64,000 bases of DNA from Octopus sinensis (taxonomy: Eukaryota), in assembly GCF_006345805.1 (NCBI RefSeq), contig NC_043015.1, positions 29,636,001 through 29,700,000 on the forward strand. Direction: 5' to 3'. Below the pieces are notes generated by a model. The model made no database searches and was not told where the DNA came from. It was given only the letters and a program-made list of their open reading frames with translations. Made by a program: the position numbers and the translations under genes. Shown piece by piece: positions 27,833 through 40,290 of this stretch (its first letter is position 1; the number at the start of each line of letters is the position of its first letter).

Positions 27833-27836
<4 letters not shown>
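26998..27836. repeat. Tandem repeat of a 395-bp unit (2 copies plus about 48 bp), flanked by (TA)n
   Basis: taataccagcgattataatt starts at 26998, 27393 and 27788. Confidence 0.95.
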
Positions 27837-27890
<54 letters not shown>

Positions 27891-27893
<3 letters not shown>

Positions 27894-28098
27894 CGGGAAG
27901 CTTTAGGAAAATAAACAAAAGACGAAGGCAGGTGGAGTACAAACAAACAATTGTATTAGTATGGCGCTCAGGAATATAATAAAACAAGTCTTTTACGTTT
28001 CGAGCCTACGCTCTTCAACAGAAAGATACACAGAAAAGAAACACGGAGAGAAACAAGGAGAGAAAAAAATGCGTGCAGAAGCTAGCGATTCAACATGG

Positions 28099-28100
<2 letters not shown>
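27891..28100 (-). mobile_element. Short PLE-terminus-like element with hammerhead-like motif at 27989-28026
   Basis: Minus strand TCTTT-CTGTTGA-A-GAGC-gtag-GCTC-GAAA-CG-TA-AAAGA; embedded in (TA)n. Confidence 0.8.
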
Positions 28101-28153
<53 letters not shown>

Positions 28154-28392
28154 CACACACAACAGAGCAGAATAATTTGTCCCTACGCAAAAGAATAATT
28201 AGTCTTGTTTGTGTATTGTAAAAATTCTGGTGAATACAATTAAGCTGCCAAGTTTAGACAGCCGGCGGCTTTTAATTACAATAAACCTTTCAAACAGTTC
28301 AGAAACGACTTCTAGAAAATTTTTCATTCTTCCTGTAATCCGCCATTAAAGCTTATTTTGGAACAGTCAGAAGTATATCTCAAACATCGTCA

Positions 28393-28602
28393 TCTTTTAT
28401 CGTTTACTTGTTTCAGCTATTGCACTGCGGCCATGCTGGTGCACCGCATTGAAGCGTTCAGTCGAACAAATCGATGTCAGTACTTGCTTTGTTTTAAAGC
28501 CTGGCTCTTATTCTGTCACCATCTCAAGTGTCAAAACGGCAGGGTAGCTGGAACGTAAACAAACCGACTCCGGTTGTCGAGCGGTGCTGAGAAACAAATA
28601 CA

Positions 28603-28638
<36 letters not shown>

Positions 28639-29078
28639 ACAATTACACACATAATCAGAGACGCAATCACACAATCACACACGCAGACACACACCTCAAG
28701 TGTCCAAACGGCAGGGTAGCTGGAACGTAAACAAACCGACTCCGGTTGTCGAGCGGTGCTGAGAAACAAATACAACACACATACACACAGACACACACAC
28801 ACACACACACACACACACCACATACACACACACACACACACACATGCACACGCATACAATTACACACATAATAAGAAACACAATCACAAAATCACACACG
28901 CAGACACACACATACACACTTACATATATACATATACGACGGACTACTTTCAGCTTCCGTCCCACCAAATCAATTCACAAGGCATTGATCAGGCCGGAGC
29001 TATATAGTGTAAGACACTTGCTTAAGGTGCAAGACCCCGTGGATGGAAAGCAGCATTCTTAACCACACAGCTACGCCT
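28393..29078 (-). mobile_element. Diverged group B SINE with an internal duplication of about 172 bp
   Basis: SINE B ends are recognisable; tcaagtgtc.aaacggcagggtagctggaacg occurs near 28525 and 28696. Confidence 0.78.
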
Positions 29079-29234
29079 AACAACTTTCTGTAATTACGTG
29101 TTTTCCAAAAGAAAACTAAAAATGGTTTGTTTTTGCTTCATATTTTTATAAGGAAGATTCTGAACAGATAAATGACGTAACCGCAAAAATTCTAATTTTC
29201 TGTAGCAGAGAAAACAATTTTAGACTCATATGTT

Positions 29235-29292
29235 GCCAAAGCCAGGCCAGGTCAAGGCAGGCCAGGCCAAGCCAGGCCAAGCCAGGCCAGCC
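29235..29292. repeat. (GCCAR)n pentamer repeat
   Basis: gccaggccaggtcaaggcaggccaggccaagccaggccaagccaggccag. Confidence 0.85.
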
Positions 29293-30859
29293 GGTGCCGT
29301 ATTATTCTCAGCTTTCCATTTCATTCGGCCTTTCTAATCAATAGTTGCTTCCAGAATGAAATATTTGAGTTATCATGTGATACCGTTGATCCATTAGTCA
29401 TACGATATTGATGATCCACTGGTCACTTACACCATGCCACCATCGATCCGTTTTTAATGATATCATGTGATGTCGTCGATCCATTATTTATGACATACGA
29501 TTCCGTGGATCGATTACCCGTATGACGTCATCCTTCCATTACTCATCATATCATGTGATAGCGCTGATCCGTTAGTCATATGATGTGTGTATATCGTTTA
29601 TTCACTGGTCATACTTAACTATCCAATGCTATTAGTCATATCTATGTATATATTTGTCCATTATTCATGTGATAAATGATATGGTACATGATGTCGTGGA
29701 TCAGTTAGTAATATACGTCCGTCCGTCCGTCTATCCATCCATCTATCCATCCATACACATACATACATACATACATACATACACCACACACCATATAATA
29801 TATACATATATATACATATATACACACATACATATATACATAATACATATATACATATATATACATACATACACACACACACATATATATATATATACAT
29901 ACATATACATATATAATACACACATACATATATACATACATACATATATATATATATATATCTAATATATATATATAATGTATGTATTATAATATATATT
30001 ATTATATATATATATTATATATAATATACTGGTATGTATGTATGTATGATGCATGTATGTGTATGTATGTATGATCCATTAGCCATATGATAAATGATAT
30101 TACATGATGCCGTTTATCCGTTAAATTTATATATTTCATCCATTTATAATATGATATCATATGGGTCATCAGCTAGCCATATGATACCATATATAGCCGA
30201 ACCATCAGTCATATATAGTTAATCCATTTGTCATGTGATATCATGGTATTGCTGACCTACCGTTCCTATAATACGTCAAGATATCGTTGACCCATTATCA
30301 TATAATATATGACCCTGTCATATATCCCATGAGCATAGTTGATATATTAATCATATCACACAAAACAGTTGATTCATTAGTCACTAACGCTTTCGTGTCC
30401 TTTACTCACAAGTCCTTCCAGAAGAGACCACGCCTCTTAGCCTCTATAGACTCACTTAACACTAATATAAGGCTTAATGAGGGACGCTAATATTCAATTA
30501 ATGAATGTAATATCAATTAAAATCACTGCAGAATAAAGACTATTTTAACCCTTAATCAATCATGATTCATTGATCATATGGCTAAGTGCGTGTAGCAATG
30601 TCCATCCCATCTTTTTCTCACACAATAATGTATCTGGAACTATATCTATATTTATGTACGACTTTTTATATACACTCGAAGTCACATAGAGGACAGTTTG
30701 TATAAAGGAGATAATCATGTCTTCATAATATTTGGCAGGATTTGAAGTTAAGTCTAGTCTTTAGACCGTTTATCCTTGAGGAATATTTAGCTGCTACTTC
30801 AAGTAGGTGAGGCCACCATATGGGGCGGGAGCGTTCTTATTGGCTTGTTTAGTGGTTTG

Positions 30860-31256
30860 CTCTTTTACTCTTTTACTTGTTTCAGTCATTTGATCGCGGC
30901 CATGCTGGAGCACCGCCTTTAGTCGAGCAAATCGACCCCAGGACTTATTCTTTGTGTAAGCCTAGTACTTATTCTATTGGTCTCTTTTGCCGAACTGCTA
31001 AGTTACGTGGATGTAAACACACCAGCATCGGTTGTCAATCGATGTTGGGGGGACAAACACAGACACACAAATATATATATATACATATACATATATACGA
31101 CAGGCTTCTTTCAGTTTCCGTCTACCAAATCCACTCACAAGGCTTTGGTCGGCCCGGGGCTATAGCAGAAGACACTTGCCCAAGGTGCCACGCATGGGAC
31201 TGAACCCGGAACCATGTGACTGGTAAGCAAGCTACTTACCACACAGCCACTCCTGC
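30860..31256 (-). mobile_element. Group B SINE
   Basis: Full-length match to other copies. Confidence 0.9.
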
Positions 31257-31674
31257 GTTTGTTTATTTCATTAATTTATTTTTCTTTAAGAAAAGGGCGA
31301 GTTAAGTTGGTCAGAAATAGAGTTCGAGCAAAGATGTTTTCGAAGTTGAGTATTATCTTCTGTTTAATAGTATTGTTGTTGTCGTCGTGGTTGCTGCTGT
31401 TGTTGTTATTCTTACTTTTGTTGTTGTTGTTGTTGTTTACCGCCTAGATCAAGATGGGTCGAGTATGATCAAAGGTATTCCAATCGTAAAGACCTCCATC
31501 TTTTTCTCTACGTGTAGTTAACCCAACACTACGTTATGCATAAGAAATGATCCGAAACGAATTTGACTGCTATTTCACGCAAGCAGAGCGACCACGCAGA
31601 GGCTCCTACATTGCTCCGTCACATTTTGGTAACAGTATATTGAAGGCGTTACGACCTGTGGGTGGCTTGTTTTA

Positions 31675-31870
31675 TTGGTTCACTGAACATCTAAGGGATA
31701 TTCGGCTACGTTCAAACACACCCGTCGCCCGTCACTTCCGCTTGGCCAACCACTCCCCCTTCAACATCTCCGTCTTTGGCCTCGCTCTGAACCACGGATC
31801 CACACACTCGCGACTCCGCCTGGAACAGCGTTATATTTTTAATCTACAAACAACTATCGCCCCTCGAACT
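31675..31870 (+). pseudogene. Penelope-like GIY-YIG C-terminal remnant
   Basis: FTEHLRDIR...PVARHF..ANHS..ISVFGL...RLRLEQRYIFNLQT..P matches the typical PLE endonuclease C-terminus. Confidence 0.8.
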
Positions 31871-31990
31871 AAACACACTCCCTCCTCCACAGTCTTGTTC
31901 CATTGCAATAGGGTCCACAAGTTTCCAGTAATTTCCACCTGATGTTAAAGGGCGTATGACCGTCCTTTAGGCACCATATGCATGCTGGTG

Positions 31991-32073
31991 GAAGAAGAAG
32001 AGAAGAAGAAGAAGAAGAAGAAGAAGAAGAAGAAGAAGAAGAAGAAGAAGAAGAAGAAGAAGAAGAAGAAGAA

Positions 32074-32126
<53 letters not shown>
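31991..32126. repeat. Compound (GAA)n-(GAT)n microsatellite
   Basis: Seen directly in the sequence. Confidence 0.97.
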
Positions 32127-32127
<1 letters not shown>

Positions 32128-32726
32128 AAAGAGAAGAACATGGGGAAGGAATCGATCTCAGTACGTTATCAGCCGGTGAATTGTAATAGATCGTGAAAAT
32201 ACGTTCTTTATTCTTTTTGAGAGGGCATGGTATGATTTAAAAGAGATTTACCTGCTGATTTTAGTAGATCGAGTGCCCACGCTGCGACTCTAATCCCATC
32301 GAATCTTTAGCCTAAGTAAGTGATGAGCCATGTAAGAAATATACTGCTTCGGCTAAATAAGTGTATTTTTGGTCACATGGATGACATCAAAATGATATCA
32401 TTTGACGTCCACAGAAATTACAGCTGATTTCTTACGGATGTCCCCCATTCATTTATTAGAGATTAACTTCTGCTGGGAATAAACCTGTCGTTTCTCTCTT
32501 TACAAATCATTAAATATATACATAAGCAAGAACACATAGGTAGAAACGCATACACAGGTAGAAACACGCATTTACATGATAAGCCCCGGGGTGAAACACA
32601 ATATGAATTTATAAAGCCCCGTAGGCAGAAGAGTTTTGCATTATCTTGACTAGTTTCTATACGGAGATTTATCTGAATATTTTCATATTCTGCTGCCCAC
32701 ACTGAGATCGATAGCTTACGGCTATA

Positions 32727-32764
<38 letters not shown>

Positions 32765-33084
32765 TATAGTTGAAATTTACAGGTGTATAAACAACAAACA
32801 GGTGTATTAGTTTGACGCTCGAGTAGGTGAGGAAGTTTTTACGTTTCGAGCCTACTCTATGAGAGGCTTACTTCACTGGAGATCCAAATGAATAGGTGCG
32901 CTGAGTAAGTGCTATAATTGGTCATCCTTATGTTCCAAGTTCACAACTGAGGCTGGAGCTAGGGATCCGTATTAAGCTTCCGTGTTAGCAAGTATGCATT
33001 AGAAAAAAAGGACATCAAAAACCAAGGCAGGACGAGTACCTCAAGTAATTTATAATAATCCAATTAGGGTAAGGTTAATTTGAA

Positions 33085-33157
33085 GTCTTTACAGCTGTTT
33101 CTGGGATATTCCAAATGATAGATTAGCATGTCTACACTGGGTATTCCGTCACCAGAC
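33085..33157 (-). ncRNA. Hammerhead-like motif (core CUGGUGA)
   Basis: Minus strand gt-CTGGTGA-cggaatacc...ggaatatccca-GAAA-CAGCTG (palindrome)-TA-aagac; stems I and II are imperfect. Confidence 0.45.
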
Positions 33158-33280
33158 ACAAAGTATGTATGAAAGTTCTAGACAGAGTAATTCATAGTTT
33201 ATAAGGAATAAAATAGAAGAAAAAAGAGTAAAAGTAGATATAAGAATACAGGCAGGATAATAAAAGCTCACAGTTCATCA

Positions 33281-33355
33281 TTTCTCAGAGGGTATGAAAG
33301 TTGGTCTGTACTTCTGCCACGGAAGTACGGACCAACCTCCATACCCTCTGGGAAA
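33281..33355. other. 75-nt fold-back hairpin, about 35-bp stem
   Basis: TTTCTCAGAGGGTATGAAAGTTGGTCTGTACTTCT pairs with GGAAGTACGGACCAACCTCCATACCCTCTGGGAAA; all five differences are transitions. Confidence 0.85.
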
Positions 33356-33368
33356 AGATCAACTGTGA

Positions 33369-33509
33369 ACGTCTACCAAATCCACTCACAAAGCTTTGGT
33401 TACCATGAAGCTATAGTAGAAGACACTTGCCCAAGGTGCTCCGCAGTTGGACTGAAACCAGAACCAGGTGGTTGGAAAGCAAGCTTCTTACCACACAGCC
33501 ACACCTGCG
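33369..33509 (-). mobile_element. Group B SINE 5' half
   Basis: cgtctaccaaatccactcacaa...cttaccacacagccacacctgcg. Confidence 0.85.
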
Positions 33510-33632
33510 TATATATACATACATACATACATACATACACACATATATATATGTGTGTGTATATATATATATATCTATATATATGTATATATATATATAT
33601 GTATATATATATATAATGTATATATATTTATG

Positions 33633-33732
<100 letters not shown>

Positions 33733-33736
33733 AAAG

Positions 33737-33769
<33 letters not shown>

Positions 33770-34190
33770 TATACATATACATATACATATATATGTATGT
33801 GTGCATATATATATAAGGGCTCATGTGTGTATTTTATCTATGTATGCATATGGAATAACCATGAGATTGAAAGATTGCGTGTAAAATGAATGAACATCCA
33901 TAATGCAATTGAAAAAGAAGTAAATATCTTTATCCACCACAAAGACAAGCGATCCATTATACTTAGTATTGCTATTAAAGTTGCTGCCACGGCTACCGCT
34001 GCTTCTCCTTCAATGGCAGCGACGGTGATGACGGTGGTGACGGTGGGGATGTTACGCATTGAAGATGATAATCAAGACCTTGATGCTGGCTTGAGGAGTA
34101 CGAAGAAGACGACGACGACGATGATGACTGTGATGATAGTGATGATGGTGATGATAATGCTCATGCTGTTGTTTTTGTTGATGGTGGTAT

Positions 34191-34223
<33 letters not shown>

Positions 34224-34850
34224 CGATGACGTTGGGTCTGTGTCTTCATTCATTCATAATGTAGCGCTTCTTTTACTCAGTCAGCAAGCTGACCTTCGTT
34301 GTCTTGCAGAGATCTAGATATGAATGTCTATATGTATGTATGCATGTACGCCTGTCTGTCAGTCTGTCTGTCTATCTGTCTGTCTGTGTGTCTGTCTGTC
34401 CATCTGTCTGTCTGTATGTATGTATGTATATATGTATGCATGTATGTCTGTATGTATATATGTATATAATATAATAAAATATAATATAATATAATATAAT
34501 ATAATATATATGTATATATACATATATACATACTTATATATATATATATATATAACACACTGCGTTACTGTCTGGGAGATTCTTACGGTAGTAGAAAATG
34601 AATTTTGACCACCTATTTCTAAATTCTGTATGAGGTGAAGCATTAGCTGACCCTAATTATAATTATGTTTATAATTATAGAATATACCTTCTTATTATTA
34701 ATTTGAAATTTATATATATATAATTATATAATTAATATTATATATATATAATATATATATATATAGTATATATATATATATATATATATATGCAACGCAT
34801 GAATGAATGCATGTTTGTATGGGTATGAAATGTATGCAAGTCTACGTATG

Positions 34851-35153
34851 TTTGTTCCTTCTCGAGCCATGCCTGACTCGTAAGGGCCGGTTTCCCAGTT
34901 TCCTCGACGTATAGGTTCCCAACCTGGACAGGACGCCGGTCCGTCGCAGGTGAGCTGCAAGATGCAGGAGGAAAAAGTGAAAGAAAGTTGTGGCGAAAGA
35001 GTCAACAGAAAGAAGTTCGCCATTACTTTCTTCCGGAGCCGCGTGGAACTTAGGTGTTTCGCTCATAAACACACCTCGCCTGGTCTAAGATTCAAACGCG
35101 CGATTCCTCGACCACGAGTCCGCTGCTCTAACCACTAGGCCATATGCCTCCAC
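34851..35153 (-). mobile_element. tRNA(Arg)-like SINE, group A, with 13-bp TSD
   Basis: AAGTCTACGTATG at 34838-34850 and 35154-35166; head contains ggactcg (TCG anticodon position). Confidence 0.92.
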
Positions 35154-35186
35154 AAGTCTACGTATGCGTATATATTAGTATATATA

Positions 35187-36433
35187 TTGGGTTGGCAAGA
35201 AAGTAGTTTCGGCTTTTTGGTGTAAAGTAAGTCATTTTTTTCATACAAAGAAAGAACTTTAATCAATTATATATTTTCCATTTTGTTCGATGACCTTTTG
35301 CCATCTTTCTGGCAACTTCCCAATTCTGCGCTTGTAGGACTTCTGGTCCTTATCAGCCAAAAACTGAAGCAAGTGCGATTTCAGGTCGTTATCATTATTG
35401 AAAGTTTTACCATTTAAAAAATCTCACAAACTCCGAAATAAATGGTAATCTGATGGTGCAAGGTTAGGGGCTGTATGGTGGATGTGACATCACTTCCCAA
35501 CCAAGCTCCAGTTATTTTTCAGGAGTTAGCAAAAATGTGTGATCTAGCGTTGTCTTGGTGGAACACGATTCCTTTACGATGGGCCAATTCCTTGATTGCT
35601 TCCTCCAGTTTCATTAGTTGTTGACAGTAAACAACTAAATTGACCGCTTACTTTCTTGGAAGCAGCTCAAAATACACAACACCTTTGCAATCCCACCAAA
35701 TTGACAGCATGACCTTTTATTGATGCAATTCAGCTTTCGATGTGGTCTGTGCTGGTTCATTACGCTTGGACCATGATCGTTTTTGATTGATGTTATTGAT
35801 TCGATTGATATTATAGTAAAGGTCGATTTCATTACGTTTGAGATGCATATCGCAAATATTGATTCGTTGTGTTAAGTGAATCTCTTTCAATTTATGTGGA
35901 ACCCAAATATCGAGCTTCTTAACGAGTCCAAGACATTTTAAGTGATTTTCAATTGCCGTGTGTCGTACAGTTAACCCCTCTGCAAACTCCCGCCCAGTTA
36001 TATGACAATTAGATCCAATTATGGCTTTGATTCGGTCATCATTAAGTTCAGTAGGTCGACCAGAACGTTGGTCATCTTTGAGTGAAAAATCTCCAGAATG
36101 GAAGTTTTCAAACCATTTCTGACATGTGCAATCGACACCATATGCAATCCATACCCTAAATTTCACATATCTCTTCGTAAGCCTCAGCAGCTTTTTTTTC
36201 CTTTACGGAAATAAAAACGCAAAATATGGCGAAAATGTTCGTTTTTACACTCCATGTTAAAATTGATGCTGAACTAATAGCTGTAAACAACATTACGCGC
36301 AATTTGCTTCTAAAGCAAACTAGAGGTAATGGCTATCAAATGACAACAGAACAAAATCATAACATTGACAAAAGTCATTAAAAAAATCCTAACTCTATTT
36401 GCGAAAAACGAAATTATTTTCTTGCTAACCAAA
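35187..36433 (-). mobile_element. Full-length decayed mariner transposon (about 1.25 kb)
   Basis: Imperfect TIRs TTGGGTTGGCAAGAAAGTAGTTTCG and TTTGGTTAGCAAGAAAATAATTTCG (reverse complement), each flanked by TA. Confidence 0.93.
35259..36255 (-). pseudogene. Mariner transposase pseudogene
   Basis: MECKNEHFRHILRFYFRKGK start; WF..F.SGDFSLKD..RSGRP; WVPHKL; FHQDNAR; HPPYSP/NLAPSDYHLFRS; several frameshifts. Confidence 0.93.
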
Positions 36434-36736
36434 TATTTATGTGTGTGTATGTACATATTTATGTATGTATCTAAGCAGATATGTATGAATATACATATAT
36501 GTGTTGTGTTGCGTGTGTATTTGTGTGTGCATGTGTGTATGTGTGTGTGTGCATGTATGGAATGTATGTATGTGTGTAGGAGTGTTTTTATATTTCTAAA
36601 TGTTTATGTGTTTATGTGCATAGCTTTGTGTGCGTTAGTTTATATAAAAATAAAATATGATTATATATTGCGTGTATATGTATGGATCACTCCATACATG
36701 TACACACTCGCATATACACATGTCTGTGTATATTAC

Positions 36737-36771
<35 letters not shown>

Positions 36772-37752
36772 CATGCATATGCCTACATATGTATATAAGT
36801 ATGCATTTATATAAACACACATAAGTTTGTTTCTTGGTGTGTGCATGGCTGTGTATGCGTGCTTTTGTGTGCGTGTGTGTATATTTATTTATATGTATAT
36901 ATATATTTATTTATTTATATATGTGTGTATATATTTATTTATTCATATCTATATATGTATATACATTCATGTATATTTTTTTATTTCTGGTCGCTGTGGT
37001 GTTATTCTTATTGTCTTTTTTTAATTTCCCCCCTTACTACACCTCCCTCTCTTTATCTACTTCATGTACATCTTGCAAGGAATGCTGGGTATTTTTTTTC
37101 CACTAAAACTGAGCAGCAGCAGCAGAAGCAGCAGCCATTTTGAATGTGCAAGTTATTTAAAAGAGCAGAACTAGGTCAACCACATCTGTCGCTTATCTTA
37201 TTATCTTATATTTGCATATATAACAAGATTGTTCTTTCATTATTTCGTATATACACATTTGTAGTAGACACAGATACACATACACGCGTACATATATACA
37301 TCCGCGCTAACGTACAGATTCGCAGCGCGTTCATCGCGGCTCTGTGTGTATGTGTGTACGTCTTTCTCTCGCTGATTCTCGTCTTTCGCTCTCACTCACG
37401 AAGACACACAGACTGTCTGTCAGTCAGCCTGTCTGTCTATTTATCACACGCACGTATCACACAACACACAACCACAGAAGCACACACGCATGCACACGTA
37501 CATATATTACCAGGTATAGATTTATTCGCTTTCTGTTTTTCTCTGTATTTAATTCACGTAACTCACACGCACTCTCTCTCTCTCTCTCCTCTCTATCTAT
37601 CTATCTCTACTACACACACACACACACACACAAACACATACATAAACGTACTTCCTCACAGAAATTTATACACATCTTTCCTGTCTCTTACATCTGTCTT
37701 GCACACAGAGACATACACTGTTTTTTCTCTCTCTCACACGTATTCAGATCCT

Positions 37753-37753
37753 T

Positions 37754-37824
<71 letters not shown>

Positions 37825-37917
37825 GTCTGTCTGTCTATCTTTCTGTCTGTCTATCTTTCTGTCTGTCTGTCTGTCTATCTTTCTCTCTGTCTATCTTTCT
37901 GTCTGTGTCTCTTTCTC

Positions 37918-37950
<33 letters not shown>

Positions 37951-37951
37951 G

Positions 37952-38027
<76 letters not shown>

Positions 38028-38044
38028 AATCTATCTATCTATCA

Positions 38045-38099
<55 letters not shown>

Positions 38100-38100
38100 A

Positions 38101-38156
<56 letters not shown>
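37753..38156. repeat. (CTAT)n/(CTGT)n microsatellite complex
   Basis: Seen directly; explains the 366-aa and 272-aa ORFs. Confidence 0.95.
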
Positions 38157-38157
<1 letters not shown>

Positions 38158-38804
38158 CGTAGCGTGCGCAGACGAACGCACTCACACATTCTAGCGGCCG
38201 TACCAGACGTTACCCAAGTTTATAGAAGGTATCTCAAAAATTGACATGGCCTGCCTCTCCCTTCTTCTCTTGTCTGTGTCTGTCGTAACACGTGTGCATG
38301 TATCTCTGACGATGTGGGAATATATGTGCGTATAAACGTGTGTGTATATGTATCTAAGCATGATTGTGTGTATATCTATGTTTATATCTCTATGCGTGTA
38401 TGTATATCAGTATGAATGCTTGTGTACCCATGCATGTTTGTGTGTGTGAGTGTGTGAGTGTATCTTCACATGTATGTTTGTATGTGTGCCTGTGTGTATC
38501 TGTGCGTGCATGTGTGTATATGTACGTTTTTCTGTTTTTAATAATTTGAATTCTTCCTACGAGGACACAACGGTTTTTTTCTAAAGAAACAAAACTGTAA
38601 TTTGAACAGAATGATGAGCTTTTCATGTCGATATTTAATATAGTTTCACATGTATAATTGTTGTTTGGTTTACAGACCGTTTTTGTTGTACGTGTAAGCT
38701 GATTACTTTCTTTAGGGAAAATCTTAGCTGTTCTAGAAATGCATCATTAATTCTATTGATATAAAAGCGAATTCAAAGCTCTAGCTTTTGAAACAAATGC
38801 CCAC

Positions 38805-39200
38805 AAATATCCACGGGAAGACAGATGCCCTCTGTGATGACACAGGATTCATTCTTCTTTCATACCTCAAACAAAAAACAAATCTGTTATATTTTCTCTT
38901 GGAAGAAATTTTGATGAGAATATTCCACACATTCCTTCTGTTATGTTTGTGTTCAATAACAGGAATATATTCTTTACATTTATCTGAGAGCAGTCTTTCC
39001 TATGGACGACATGGTATATTGCTTTAATAACAAAACGATGCCGCAGTGGGAAGTTGTACCTTGATGACAATTTTGAGAAACTGCTAATCACATGTGTAAG
39101 ATCTTCTACAGAAATGTAACATAATCGAATTTTTTTCCCCATATTGTGAGTTTAAACGCTTAGTCGTCCTTTTTACTTGTCAGCTATTCCGAAGCTAGCT
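38805..39200 (-). pseudogene. RLE-type (R4/Dong-like) LINE zinc-knuckle and endonuclease remnant
   Basis: KIRLCYISVEDLTHVISSFSKLSSRYNFPLRH is a decayed CxxC..H...C..RH knuckle; another frame gives WNILIKISSKRKYNR...CVITE..C.PVD. Confidence 0.7.
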
Positions 39201-40040
39201 GTCCTCTGATTTTGATTTATAAAAACATACGCTTTGAAATATGACCAAGAGAACATACACTTCATGCTAAGAGTTGCATCCTCTTCAAATTTAAAGCAAA
39301 CTTTGTGGATTATTGAATGTTTTCTTCCAGGTCGTTGTTGAGAAACACCAGTCTAACAATTTTGGGGGTCACATGTAATGCAAGCAGGAGAACTTCTTAG
39401 GGAATTCCCTATCTCCAGGAGAATATTGCTCCCTTCACTTTTGGTCACTTGGTTAATGCATGTATATTTACTACCGTTGGTTCAAAATAGTTCTCTCGAT
39501 GGATCAAGGGATCCTTCTTCGTTGGTTCAAAAGGGCTCTCTTGTTGCTTCATTTGAATCATCATCGAGCGTTCAAGATACTCTCTCTTTGGTTCCACGGG
39601 ATTATTGTTACTGGAAAAGTATTCAGCGCTAGATTACACAGGGCAAATTTTAACCGTGTAACTTGTTGATTAAACAAACTGAATGTAGATTCAACACAGC
39701 CATTTTGCTCCAAGAAAGGAAATGCTGTTATTCATTTTGTTTTTGTTATCGTAGTTGATGTTTTTGTTTGGACATAGGTTAGTCCAAAATGAGCAGATCA
39801 ATGAATGATGAAATGATTTCTAGCTGTGATAATCCTGTATTTGCCGAAACACGATACAGTCAGCAACAAAATATCCCTGATTTCCTTCTTTTCTAAGAGG
39901 TAAGAGTGTACTTTGGTGGAGATTTGCTTGCTATTTCTAATATATTGAAAGACCACGTAGAGACTTCTCGTAGTAGATCGTTGGGCATAATGGTTATCAC
40001 TTGATATGAAAATTATGTATTAATGGAAAACCTCTATTAA

Positions 40041-40124
40041 TGGCTGATGAGTGCTCAGCATTTTAAAACTGTTGTAATGCTTGCAACATTTAATAGAATG
40101 ATGTAGTCTGAAACGATCGTACCA
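40041..40124 (+). ncRNA. Type-I hammerhead ribozyme-like motif with canonical core
   Basis: TGG-CTGATGA-(59-nt stem II region)-GAAA-CGATCG (palindrome)-TA-CCA. The downstream sequence recurs at about 15635-15715. Confidence 0.6.
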
Positions 40125-40254
40125 AATTACCAAAGTTATTCTTGTTGCTTATTTCGATTATAATCATCCCATGGATTTATATGGATAACACTATTCAAAA
40201 TTCTGGTGCATCTAACTTAAGTACCATATTCATTTGAATCTAAATTTTGCTGAA

Positions 40255-40290
<36 letters not shown>

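Noticed and set aside
31978-32196. Poly-E/D, poly-K/M and poly-S ORFs
   Set aside because: Compound trinucleotide microsatellite; no exon evidence.
37144-38244. 366-aa and 272-aa ORFs
   Set aside because: Mostly (CTAT)n, (CT)n and (CA)n; no recognisable domain.
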